This document shows positions 51,701 to 62,407 of a stretch of DNA of 64,000 nt, piece by piece. The stretch comes from Ruminiclostridium hungatei (lineage in GTDB: Bacteria > Bacillota > Clostridia > Acetivibrionales > DSM-1351), in assembly GCF_002051585.1 (NCBI RefSeq), contig NZ_MZGX01000013.1, forward strand, positions 70,614-134,613, given 5' to 3'. The position numbers and the translations under genes were made by a program. Under the pieces are notes generated by a model. The model was not told where the DNA came from and made no database searches. It saw nothing but the letters and a program-made list of their open reading frames with translations. Every line of letters begins with the position of its first letter. Within the stretch, counting starts at the first letter, position 1.

Positions 51701-54700
51701 TAGTACATAGGCAGAGCCTCTCCGCTAAAAATCAGCCAGCGCAAATCCTTAAAGCTGAAAGCCTCCTGTTCCAAAGCATGCACGAATTCACCAAAAAGTG
51801 AAGGTACAAAATGCATTATATTTATTTTTGTATCAACAAGCCACTGAGCAAGAGCCCAGGGGTTTTTGACTATCTCCTTACGAACAGGGCATACCGTACC
51901 ACCGTACATTAATGGCCAGAAGAGTTCCCATACAGATATATCAAAGCAGCAGGAAGTTTTTTGTGCTACCCTTTCTCCCAGCTTTAAATTGAATATCTTT
52001 TGATGCCATACTAAGCGGTTCATATAACCAAGATGATTGAGCATTACTCCTTTTGGATTTCCGGTAGAGCCTGAAGTATACAGTACTACCATTAAATCCT
52101 CCGGTCTGCTTTTGTATTCCGGCTCAACTGCCGGATACTCCATCCAGGCGACTGTGTCAATCAACGTTGAGGCTTTGAATTCTTTGCTGTTAGTTACATT
52201 GTCAAGGGAAATAACCTTTTCGATACCGTTGCAGGCTTCTATCAAAGCGTTTAACTGCCCCAGCAAGGAATCTTCTGTAATTAGTATTTTAATCTCAGAA
52301 TGGTTAATAATATATTGAATCCTTCCGGCTGGATATGATGGATCTACAGGTACGTAAGCAGCCCCTGCTTTGAGAATTCCAAGCATACCTAAAAGCATCG
52401 ATGAACCCGGCAAAGTCATAATACCAACCAGCGACCCACTTCCAAGCCCCTGACTGTTCAGGTAATTTGCAAGCCTGTTGGTAATGCGTTCCAGTTCTGA
52501 ATAAGTTATGCTCTGATTCTCAAAAAGTATCGCTTGTGCATTTGGAGTTAATTTACATTGTTGAACAATTTTCAAGTAAGGAATTTGTATATCCGGGATT
52601 TCTCTATTTTCATTAATAGCAATACTGCTATCATCCAGCAGGTATGACATCTCTCTTAGCGTCCCGCAGGTAAACATACTGTTTCTGTCCAGCTCTTTAT
52701 TTGTTTTACTTAGCCTTGTAACCAGTCGGATGCGTTCAAGAGAATCTATGCCAAGCTCTGAATCAATATCCTTGTCCAAATCCCGGGCTGTAAACTCTCT
52801 TTGGCATATCTCCCCGGCTATCCGGCAGAGCTCTGCTTCAACCGCTTTGCTGAAAATTGCTGACGTTCTCGGAACTTGCTTACTCTGCTCAACTGCTGCA
52901 CTAATCTTTGCAAGCTCATAAATGTTAGATATAAATCTATTCATGTGTATATCAATATAAGCTTCATCAAAAAAAGAACTGTCGTAGTTTGAAGTGAGCA
53001 ATATTCTGCCCTGAAACAATTCCACAAGGATATCAATAGTTCCGGGATTTGTGCAGGTATATGCCTCATAATCCTCTACTTCCAAATTACTGCCATACCC
53101 GGCTTTTATATTTGTATTTCCAATAAAAGAAAGATAAAGGTTGGATTTTACAGAAGAACGGATGATATCAGCAACAGTTTCAGGCATTTTGCCATCTATT
53201 AACATCTCATTCTCTTTTGTTGCAAAGGCAGCTTGAAAGGTTTGTGCCCTGTCAAGCCCTGACGATAATTTACTCTTTATCTCTGCTTTGACTTTTTTTA
53301 TCAAGTCTTCCCAGCTTTCATCAGTATTTTTCATATCAAAGCTTAAAGCCATGTTCTGAGCAAATGAACTTAAAACCCCTGTGGCATCTGCATTGGGATA
53401 TACCTTTCCGCCTGTGGGCAGGTTAATAATTATTTTGTTTTCACTTTCTTTTAACTGTTTGATGGTTTTTAAATATGCGCTGACAAAAAGTACAAATAAT
53501 GAAACCTTCCATATCTTCGTATTTGAGAAAAGCTTTTCTGTATTGTTTTCATCAATCCAAAATTTCTTGATTTTTGTTTTTATAGGCTTAAATGGCTCCG
53601 GCAATTCAAGCTTTTTATCTTTTCCATATGGATTAAAAAAATATTTTTCCTTACCCTGCTGTACTAAATAGCTCTTTAGTGCAGCATCCTCTTGTGTACT
53701 TTTCCAAGAATTCAACTCATTAACTAAATTGTTATACTCATATACCGAAATCTCAGGAGGCAAGCTAGCCTTTGTACCATTAAGCTTTGCAGAATAAATT
53801 TCCAAAAGCTCTCTTAATAACTGTTGATTGCCAAGCCCATCTGTAATAAGATGAATAATTGACAAGACTATATAAAAGCTTCTGTCACCTGTTTGTAGTA
53901 CAGAAATGTTATGTAAAGGCCAATTGAAAATATCAAATTTACTATTTAGATGTTCCTCATAACTCTCTTTTAAATACTTATCCTGCATACTACTATTTAA
54001 ATAACGTATATCTTCCACTTTTATATCAGGTAAAGTGATATGGTTCAATACCTTTTGCATGTAGCCCTTAAAGCTCTTTGCCTTTGGTGCCACCTCAAAT
54101 ACTATCCGCAATGCCGGATGGCGGTAAATCAGTTCTTTCCATGCAGCCTGAAGACATAATATATTTAATTCACCCTTTACCATTACTCCTGAGCAAATTG
54201 TAAGTGTAGATATTGCCTGGTAGCATGTCAGAAAGGCATATTGTGAATTCAGAACTTCCAGATATTCTTGCTGTCCTTCTATGTCATATTCGGGTTGCTC
54301 CATTGAAGCTTTTTCACCTGTCTGATCTTGTGAGTTTGTTTCCTGCCAGTTTTCAAATATTTCAGCAATCTCTCCTACCGTTTGCAGTGTCATCATTGAA
54401 GCTACGGAATTTTCAGCTGTAAATTTCTCCATTTGTCCGGCCGGAATTAAATTTATCATCTCATTCATCACTGTTATCATCTTGATTGAATCAAGCCCCA
54501 GATCTGCCTCGAGATACATGTCATTGTCTATCGAATCAAGTGAATGCCCTGTAACCTTGGATATGAGTTCATAAATCGTTTGTCTGATATTTGCTTCAGC
54601 CGTAACTTCTTTGTTACTGTCTGCTCTTGCCGTAACTTCTTCGTTCCTGCTGCTCTGAAACTTGTCGGAATTATTTTCGTTTTGATTCATTTGTTCATCA

Positions 54701-54978
54701 ATTTTATGTAGATACCAATTTTCAAATACTTCTACAATATCTCCCACCGCTTGCATTGCCATCATTGATGCTACAGGATTTTCAGCTGTAAATTCTTCCA
54801 TCTGGTCAGCCGGAACCAGCCCCATCATCTCATTCATCACTGTTATCATTTTAATTGAATCAAGCCCCAAATCTGCCTCAAGATACATATCATTATCTAT
54901 ATCCTCAGGCGCATGTCCAGTGACCTTTGATATGATCTCGTACACAGATTTTTTGATATTATCCCTGTATAATTCCAA
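48796..54978 (-). CDS. non-ribosomal peptide synthetase with atypical domain order: ACP-ACP-C-(carrier)-A-C-SDR
   Basis: Two near-identical N-terminal carrier domains (YLEADLGLDSIKMITVMNEM x2). C1 with variant IHLITDG. Carrier-like ELGIDSLERIRL before the A domain. A-domain core LYTSGSTGNPKGV / YRTGDL / NGKLDRR. C2 with HHLISD. C-terminal classical SDR (TGGGRGIGRS...YAASK). Confidence 0.95.
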   Translation of the reverse strand: MELYRDNIKKSVYEIISKVTGHAPEDIDNDMYLEADLGLDSIKMITVMNEMMGLVPADQMEEFTAENPVASMMAMQAVGDIVEVFENWYLHKIDEQMNQNENNSDKFQSSRNEEVTARADSNKEVTAEANIRQTIYELISKVTGHSLDSIDNDMYLEADLGLDSIKMITVMNEMINLIPAGQMEKFTAENSVASMMTLQTVGEIAEIFENWQETNSQDQTGEKASMEQPEYDIEGQQEYLEVLNSQYAFLTCYQAISTLTICSGVMVKGELNILCLQAAWKELIYRHPALRIVFEVAPKAKSFKGYMQKVLNHITLPDIKVEDIRYLNSSMQDKYLKESYEEHLNSKFDIFNWPLHNISVLQTGDRSFYIVLSIIHLITDGLGNQQLLRELLEIYSAKLNGTKASLPPEISVYEYNNLVNELNSWKSTQEDAALKSYLVQQGKEKYFFNPYGKDKKLELPEPFKPIKTKIKKFWIDENNTEKLFSNTKIWKVSLFVLFVSAYLKTIKQLKESENKIIINLPTGGKVYPNADATGVLSSFAQNMALSFDMKNTDESWEDLIKKVKAEIKSKLSSGLDRAQTFQAAFATKENEMLIDGKMPETVADIIRSSVKSNLYLSFIGNTNIKAGYGSNLEVEDYEAYTCTNPGTIDILVELFQGRILLTSNYDSSFFDEAYIDIHMNRFISNIYELAKISAAVEQSKQVPRTSAIFSKAVEAELCRIAGEICQREFTARDLDKDIDSELGIDSLERIRLVTRLSKTNKELDRNSMFTCGTLREMSYLLDDSSIAINENREIPDIQIPYLKIVQQCKLTPNAQAILFENQSITYSELERITNRLANYLNSQGLGSGSLVGIMTLPGSSMLLGMLGILKAGAAYVPVDPSYPAGRIQYIINHSEIKILITEDSLLGQLNALIEACNGIEKVISLDNVTNSKEFKASTLIDTVAWMEYPAVEPEYKSRPEDLMVVLYTSGSTGNPKGVMLNHLGYMNRLVWHQKIFNLKLGERVAQKTSCCFDISVWELFWPLMYGGTVCPVRKEIVKNPWALAQWLVDTKINIMHFVPSLFGEFVHALEQEAFSFKDLRWLIFSGEALPMYYVQEWIDKHGMATQLANLYGPTEASIDVTYHIIEKRPGAEGENQIPIGKPVDNVYILNLDENMRIKEVGEIGELWIGGIQLAKGYLKNPEKSAESFRPNPFSEIPGDFLYRTGDLTRKREDGSFEYHGRIDNQVKIRGFRIELGEIETVLNSHSNINEAAVIVVDGNEGQSQLVAYLSGRNTSDSEIKDHIGNKLPHYMIPHRIEWLQSLPKNPNGKLDRRAMQEVYRNKYGAVKTNEMAVINQVKEEKLQDVYNQEQEAIIPLAPAQRWLMNFFDFPYNWTGFTRFLFKQPLDYLTFNKAVNMLANRHDALRSILCQKDSQWVQKILPQGNYLNVEYFDAAHMDKEQIDQAVDELINDAIRSFDVDKWPLWKVIAVKISNSMYDMAFVGHHLISDVVTNNLLFKEIWQIYYNILSEQDIKLQASRSYREFVEHVEHEKDKKLQDYVAYWKEMFPLKEDVFRIPADFNLGANDEGSAATVEFVLDSHKTSIILSKAKRFFGSNVYPILLAPLYKLLGERYKQSKVIISHRVHGREIDANNTFFQTAGNFAVNFPMGIDFIQDEAWGSLVEKVKNTLETIPMNGISYDMVSDYLPVYMYPDTKMTPVRANYLGNRDVPKFDNFEFSKAGMDRRYSVPEQKRISVIEFFFSVVDGKLNLEIEYSKNLFKIETIKQLGEKYIESITKLISFVEEETSQTYRNKPFQNRKNGEGLLSDKVVIITGGGRGIGRSIALTMAKEGAEIVIVSRTREQLEQTAQEMQQLGVRSMIIPADISRQADVDKAMDLVLREYGKIDVLVNNAGITKFSAINDIEPEEWKKIIDVNLFGTYNFCRAVIPHFIKNNQGKIINMGSDSSFIGYPLMSAYAASKHAVLGLTKSLAEELKPHNIQVNAICPALVDTDMAPKALKNRAIPPEKISDTAVFLASAMSDYITGEAIKVYGKQDMYWFGSQQTAMFKTLLQSKKSSITTG

Positions 54979-55059
54979 AATTCTACCTCCCTATTTTTTT
55001 ATTTTTCTATATATCCCAATATTTGTAATTTATAGTATAACATACCATTAATTTCAAAT

Positions 55060-55306
55060 CATTACTTTATTGTTAATTGTTAATAAAAATTTGTTATATT
55101 ATCGTTAAATTTGATTTTATAAGACTAATTTGGACTAAAAATCCGCTTGAAGAAACAAAATTGTCGTTTCCCAGACAAGAAATCATTTATTAACAAGGGG
55201 ACGACGTTAACTACGTTAAAGTTTATGAGTGGGTTGGAAAGTCAATCAACTAGAGTGGTACCACGGGATTTGTCCGTCTCTTATTTTATATAAGAGGCGG
55301 TTTTTT
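55060..55306 (+). promoter_or_regulatory. T-box riboswitch leader with intrinsic terminator
   Basis: T-box sequence AACTAGAGTGGTACCACGG (55247..55266; consensus AAnnAGGGTGGnACCGCGG). Terminator hairpin CCGTCTCTTATTTTATATAAGAGGCGG plus TTTTTT (55274..55306). GGGAGGAG RBS and ATG follow. Confidence 0.45.
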
Positions 55307-55334
55307 ATTATGCACTTTGCCTGGGAGGAGTATT

Positions 55335-55469
55335 ATGGAAAAAATAACTGAACTGATTACAGAGGTTTTTAAGAACGCATTTGAAAAATGCAACTATTCG
55401 GCTGAATATGGGATGGTCACACTATCCAACCACCTGACTTATGGCAATTTCAATGTAATGGTGCCCTAG
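55335..55469 (+). pseudogene. argS: truncated arginine--tRNA ligase N-terminal fragment (44 codons, then stop/frameshift)
   Basis: MEKITELITEVFKNAFEKC...SNHLTYGNFNVMVP resembles the ArgS N-terminus (…HGDYSTNMAMQLA…). A +1 frame continues AASKEYKKLLL. No downstream ORF before rtcB. Confidence 0.35.
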
Positions 55470-55623
55470 CAGCTTCCAAAGAGTATAAAAAACTCCTATT
55501 GCTATCGGATTTTAGTTTTCCCAAACCGTTTTATTGGTTGTACCAATATTTGATACATTAACCTTTTATCATAAAACTCTGCCATAAACCCTCCTCATTT
55601 CTTGCCATAATCCTTTATATCAG

Positions 55624-56808
55624 TTAATCCTCTGAAGCCTTGAAGTTATATATCGGTTTGATAATTCGGTTGATTTCAACAGTATCCTGAATGTTGTCAA
55701 TTATCTCTTCGATGGGCTTGTATGCTGACGGAGCTTCATCCAGTGTAACCGCCGACACTGAGGTTGTATATATCCCATCCATAGATTTTTTAAACTCTTC
55801 CAGGGACAATTTAAGTCTTGCCTGTTTTCGGCTCATTAACCGGCCTGCGCCATGAGGGGCTGATTGGTTCCAATCAGCATTTCCCTTGCCAGTAGCGATA
55901 ATACTTCCATCCCTCATATTCACAGGGATTATTACCCTTTCGCCTTCCTTGGCAGATATGGCGCCTTTTCTCAAAATCATTTCATCCATATCTATATAAT
56001 TATGAATTGTAGTAAAGCTATCTATAACATTGAAATTCATCTTGCGAATAATAACCTCCGCAATAGCCTTCCTGTTGAATTCTGCAAATACCTGAGCAAT
56101 GCGCATATCATGAATATAGTCTTCAAAAGCCTGACCCTGGACATAGGCTAAAGAGCTGTTGATTTTAACCCTTTCTTTTTCTATTTCAGACTGAATACAC
56201 TGCTCTCTTCCTTGAGATTTTAATACTGCAATAATCTCATCATTGCTCTTTTTGACTATTTCTTTGGTTGCTCTGCTTTGATAGTACTCAGCTATTTGCT
56301 TTCCCAAGTGACGACTGCCGGAATGTACAACCAAGTATACATTTCCACCATCATCAACATTCATTTCTATGAAGTGATTTCCGCCTCCAAGTGTGCCAAT
56401 ACTCAGTGATGCCCTTTTTAAATCAACCTGCTCTTTACACCTTAAGGCATGGATATCCACAAATGCATTATATTCATGAGGATTAACACGTACGTCAAAC
56501 CCACTTGGAACGCAGCTTCGTATTACTTCATCAAGCCTCTTAAAATTCATCGCTGTTTTTCCCAATATGCTGACAAACATTCCACAGCCGATGTCAACTC
56601 CCACCAGGTTCGGAACTATTTTATCCCTTATGGTCATTGTCGTTCCAATAGTACAGCCTGCTCCCGCATGAGTATCAGGCATTATTCTGATTATGCTTTG
56701 TTTAACAAACTCCTGATTACAAAGCTCCAGTATTTGCCCTGCTGCCTTATCTTCCAAATTATCTGTAAATACTTTAGCTATATTGTATTTCCCTTTGATT
56801 TTAATCAT
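55624..56808 (-). CDS. rtcB: RtcB-family RNA 3'-phosphate/2',3'-cyclic phosphate ligase
   Basis: RtcB metal/GTP site motifs IRIMPDTHAGAGCTIG, DIGCGM, GGNHF, HSGSRHLG, and C-terminal NQSAPHGAGR. Confidence 0.85.
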   Translation of the reverse strand: MIKIKGKYNIAKVFTDNLEDKAAGQILELCNQEFVKQSIIRIMPDTHAGAGCTIGTTMTIRDKIVPNLVGVDIGCGMFVSILGKTAMNFKRLDEVIRSCVPSGFDVRVNPHEYNAFVDIHALRCKEQVDLKRASLSIGTLGGGNHFIEMNVDDGGNVYLVVHSGSRHLGKQIAEYYQSRATKEIVKKSNDEIIAVLKSQGREQCIQSEIEKERVKINSSLAYVQGQAFEDYIHDMRIAQVFAEFNRKAIAEVIIRKMNFNVIDSFTTIHNYIDMDEMILRKGAISAKEGERVIIPVNMRDGSIIATGKGNADWNQSAPHGAGRLMSRKQARLKLSLEEFKKSMDGIYTTSVSAVTLDEAPSAYKPIEEIIDNIQDTVEINRIIKPIYNFKASED

Positions 56809-56893
56809 TATATCCCCTCATTTCTGTAAATATAAAAAGTCTCCCAAGCTTATATATTTTTAGCAAGAGAGACTCAATAAAAACCTGTTTGCA

Positions 56894-58015
56894 TTATACC
56901 TTACACTGCTTATCTACAGCTTTGTTTGAAAGTAAGGTATTCAATTGTTCCAGTAAACTACCGCCGCCTGTCAGTGAGACATTTCCTATCTTCTCACAGA
57001 TTTTCTCCAGGAATTCAAGCTCCTTTAATCTGTATAGAGTTTGATTTTCCTCCATAAGCTTAGCGGTATTTAAAAGGCTTCTGGTTGAGGCAACTTCTTC
57101 TCTTCTTGTTATAACATTGGCCTGCGCCTTTTTCTCAGCAATCAGCACAGTGTTTAGTATGTCTTTTATTTCGCCAGGTAAAACAACATCCTTTACACCG
57201 GCAAACAGGAACTCAACACCATAGCTGTTGCTTTTCTCTTTAAGTTTCTCAAGAACATAGTTTCCAATCTCCTGTTTCTTCGCAAGCAGATCGTCAAGTT
57301 TCATTCCGCCAACATACTCTCTCAATATCAATTGCAAGACTATGTATAGCTGCTCCTCGAAGGATTTTATTTCAATAACCTTTAATGGCTCCGTAATTTT
57401 GTAATGACACACAAAGTTTAACCTTAAGGTTATTTTATCCTCAGTCATGATTTCCTGACCGGTCATATCCAACTGTTGTTGTCTAAGGTCGATTTTCTTA
57501 ACAGCCGTATGTACAGGACTTTTCCAGAAGAAGTATCTGCCCGGTTCCAGTGTTTTCTGTACTGTATTATCATAGTATAGAATCCCCTTTTCATGACTCT
57601 CAACTTCAAAGTAGCCAACAACCCCTGAAAGTTTTGGGCTTTTGTATATTGAAGCATCAATATCCCTGACTTCAGGATTTCTGGTATCAATTGTCGAGAA
57701 CTCATGCTTTTTAAGTACCTTCCAGAAAGCATATTTACCGGATTTCAGAACCTCTGAAAGCTTACCATCTTCAAAGTGTATGGCAAGCTCATAATCCTGA
57801 ACATCTACAATTGAAAGCTCCTTTAAAAGCTCCTGATCCTCCAAATAAATATTCAGGTTCTTACCTGCCGTTTCAAATACCTTATTTACATCTGCTATGG
57901 CAACTGTATACTTAACAAATGGATTAAGGCTGTATTTCCCAGGCTTTAAGCATTTAACGTAGTTTCCGTCCTTAAATAACAAGCCTCTTTCATCATTTTT
58001 AATTGTTACTTTCAT
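56894..58015 (-). CDS. SPFH/band-7 (slipin-like) domain protein, first gene of an operon with rtcB
   Basis: SPFH core DKITLRLNFVCHYKITEP, then coiled-coil VLPGEIKDILNTVLIAEKKAQANVITRREEVAST. No TM anchor visible. Confidence 0.7.
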   Translation of the reverse strand: MKVTIKNDERGLLFKDGNYVKCLKPGKYSLNPFVKYTVAIADVNKVFETAGKNLNIYLEDQELLKELSIVDVQDYELAIHFEDGKLSEVLKSGKYAFWKVLKKHEFSTIDTRNPEVRDIDASIYKSPKLSGVVGYFEVESHEKGILYYDNTVQKTLEPGRYFFWKSPVHTAVKKIDLRQQQLDMTGQEIMTEDKITLRLNFVCHYKITEPLKVIEIKSFEEQLYIVLQLILREYVGGMKLDDLLAKKQEIGNYVLEKLKEKSNSYGVEFLFAGVKDVVLPGEIKDILNTVLIAEKKAQANVITRREEVASTRSLLNTAKLMEENQTLYRLKELEFLEKICEKIGNVSLTGGGSLLEQLNTLLSNKAVDKQCKV

Positions 58016-58344
58016 GATTGTTCATCCTTTCTTTAATACATTTTTTAAATCTCTTTCAAGAATCCTCCCGGAATATGGGCGGAGTGCTGCTTAAGGATAT
58101 TGCAACTGAATCACTTCCCATTGGAAGCAATTAATTACCGATGTTAAAACACTTCATATCTGATACTTCAGGCGGACCTGAATTATTCTCATATATCCAT
58201 GTATAAGTTTCGGCTTGCCACATCCGGTATCCACACACTTCAAGGCTTAATTCCGGTCTTAAGGTAAACAAGCTGCCAAAAGCTGAGGATTCTTTCAAAA
58301 GATCCTGGTGATTTTTCGAGTGACAGTCGAGTGCAACCTGCGTC

Positions 58345-58465
58345 AGATCCAAAGTCTGATGGGGAATCGAACCCCGTTTCCATAGCCTTATGCTCTGCCT
58401 CTGAGCTAATTACTTAATAGTAATAGAGGAATCGAACCTCCGACACTAAGGTAAATTGAGTTCTT
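58345..58465 (-). ncRNA. tRNA-like element(s) lacking an anticodon arm; candidate Y-RNA-like (YrlA-type) tRNA mimic or tRNA gene remnants, in the leader of the slipin-rtcB operon
   Basis: Minus strand reads ...GTCGGAGGTTCGATTCCTC TATTACT ATTA AGTAATT A GCTCAGAGGCAGAGC ATAAGGCTATGGAAAC GGGGTTCGATTCCCC ATCAGAC... That is two canonical T-arms (GGTTCGATTCC) and a D-arm (TAGCTCAGAGGCAGAGCA) but no anticodon stem. Not a foldable standard tRNA. Confidence 0.4.
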
Positions 58466-58581
58466 GCTTCCCGGTATACCTCAAACGATATAAAGTATGA
58501 AGCACCGCCAGACCATTCAGAAATCTTTGCCTTGGGAATTAAGAACAATTTTAGTATACAAGGATAATTTTCTATTTAACA

Positions 58582-58615
58582 GACAAAAAGTTTGCAACAT
58601 TAAGCTTGCAAACTT
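58582..58615. promoter_or_regulatory. operator-like inverted repeat AAGTTTGCAA-n8-TTGCAAACTT, with a 17-nt motif GACAAAAAGTTTGCAAC shared with 61013..61029
   Basis: Perfect 10-bp inverted repeat at 58588..58597 / 58606..58615. An identical 17-mer at 61013..61029 lies upstream of the WYL gene pair. No U-run, so it is not a terminator. Confidence 0.4.
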
Positions 58616-58658
58616 CGTCTACTGACAAAATATAAATTCATAACAGACAATTCCCAGG

Positions 58659-61071
<2,413 letters not shown>

Positions 61072-61455
61072 CTAGAAAATAAATCATTGAAGGTAAAGGT
61101 ATAAACACTTATAGAGAAAAAGAAAGAGCTTTTTTTCTTGATATTCGTAGTGGTAAATATAGTTATCGAGAGATTTTTGAAATAGTCGATGAGTATGAGC
61201 AGCACTTTAAAGCTGCTGCAAATACTTCTCTTCCGGAGGAACCAGATTATAAAGGCATTGAAGACTTAATGATAGAGATTTACAGTAAAGTATTTCTAAT
61301 GGGATAACTTTTGCTAAAAGCGGCGTAGTACAGGATTTCATTATAGTGTTAACGATGCTATGGGTAACAATCTAATATACCATTGGGAAACATTAGGAAT
61401 CATCAGTGGTGTACAAGCTGTTGCAGCAGCAAAAATAAAATATGGAGTTTAATTT

Positions 61456-62037
61456 ATGAAAAAAATTATTTTGGTCATTTGTGGAGTAGCATTAATAGCT
61501 CTTCTGTCAACCTTATATGTGTTCAACTCCGGTTTAAATAGTAAAGTCAGCGATGAAAACATATCCTTTAGTGAAGTAAATGAAGAAACTTCTTCAATAC
61601 ACCTTAGTGAAATAAGAATAAGCCAGGATGAATTAATAAATGAATCTGATTTAATTGTCAGGTGTAAATTCAGCGGAAATAAAAATAAAGTAAAGGTAAC
61701 TGCCGAAACATCAGAAGGATATGCAACTATATATAAAATGAAATCTGTGGAGGATTTAAAGGGTTCATCCAATAAAAATTTTGAACTTGGTATGTTTGGC
61801 GACGGAGATAAGAAACTAGAAAAGGGCGATGAATTTTTACTGTTTTTATGCAAAAATCCAAATGGTGTTTATAGACTGGTAAGCTATAGCCAAGGCTTTA
61901 ATAAAATCAGACAAAAAAATACCGGTTCAGTGAATCTCTCTGATTCTGAGGATACCTCTGAGATCCAGTCTTTCGAAACAGATGAAGTTATGAATTTAAA
62001 AGAGCTAAAAAATAGAATTAAAGAATTAGAGAAGTGA
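61456..62037 (+). CDS. secreted/membrane-anchored hypothetical protein
   Basis: Signal/anchor MKKIILVICGVALIALLSTLYVF. Low-complexity acidic C-terminus. Confidence 0.55.
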   Translation: MKKIILVICGVALIALLSTLYVFNSGLNSKVSDENISFSEVNEETSSIHLSEIRISQDELINESDLIVRCKFSGNKNKVKVTAETSEGYATIYKMKSVEDLKGSSNKNFELGMFGDGDKKLEKGDEFLLFLCKNPNGVYRLVSYSQGFNKIRQKNTGSVNLSDSEDTSEIQSFETDEVMNLKELKNRIKELEK

Positions 62038-62051
62038 TAGGCATCGTACAA

Positions 62052-62107
62052 AGCGTCCATCCATAAGCGGTATTTTCCGCAATGCAGGCATCTGAATAAA
62101 TACCCTT
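62052..62107 (+). repeat. 56-bp direct repeat, copy B (see 35924..35979)
   Basis: Same orientation as copy A. On the minus strand lies in ORF 61884..62189 (...GYLFRCLHCGKYRLWMDALYDA...). Confidence 0.6.
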
Positions 62108-62407
62108 TAATTATTCCGTTACCCAAATATTCCATACAGTCCTCATAATAATCCTCAGGTTTATCTGCCTCTAGTACTATTTTGTACAATTAATGTTACA
62201 ATAAGTTTGCTTAGAATATATCGAAATTTATTGTAAATATTTGTATAATTTATATAATTATTTACAAATTTTGTAATATGTATTGAAAAGCTGAATTAAA
62301 ATACTTATACTTAAATCTGTAAAATCATGATTTTATTTCCTGCTAAGCAATCTATATCCGTAATACGATTTAAAGCAACATATATCAATTTATTGGGAGG
62401 CTGTCAA

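Noticed and set aside
38464-54422. Dozens of 60-140 aa ORFs on the plus strand inside the PKS and NRPS genes
   Set aside because: Antisense to continuous, motif-rich megasynthase reading frames. These are shadow ORFs.
58131-58352. 73-aa minus-strand ORF between the slipin gene and the WYL genes
   Set aside because: It overlaps the tRNA-like leader region, has no RBS and has odd composition. This region is more plausibly an untranslated, structured leader.
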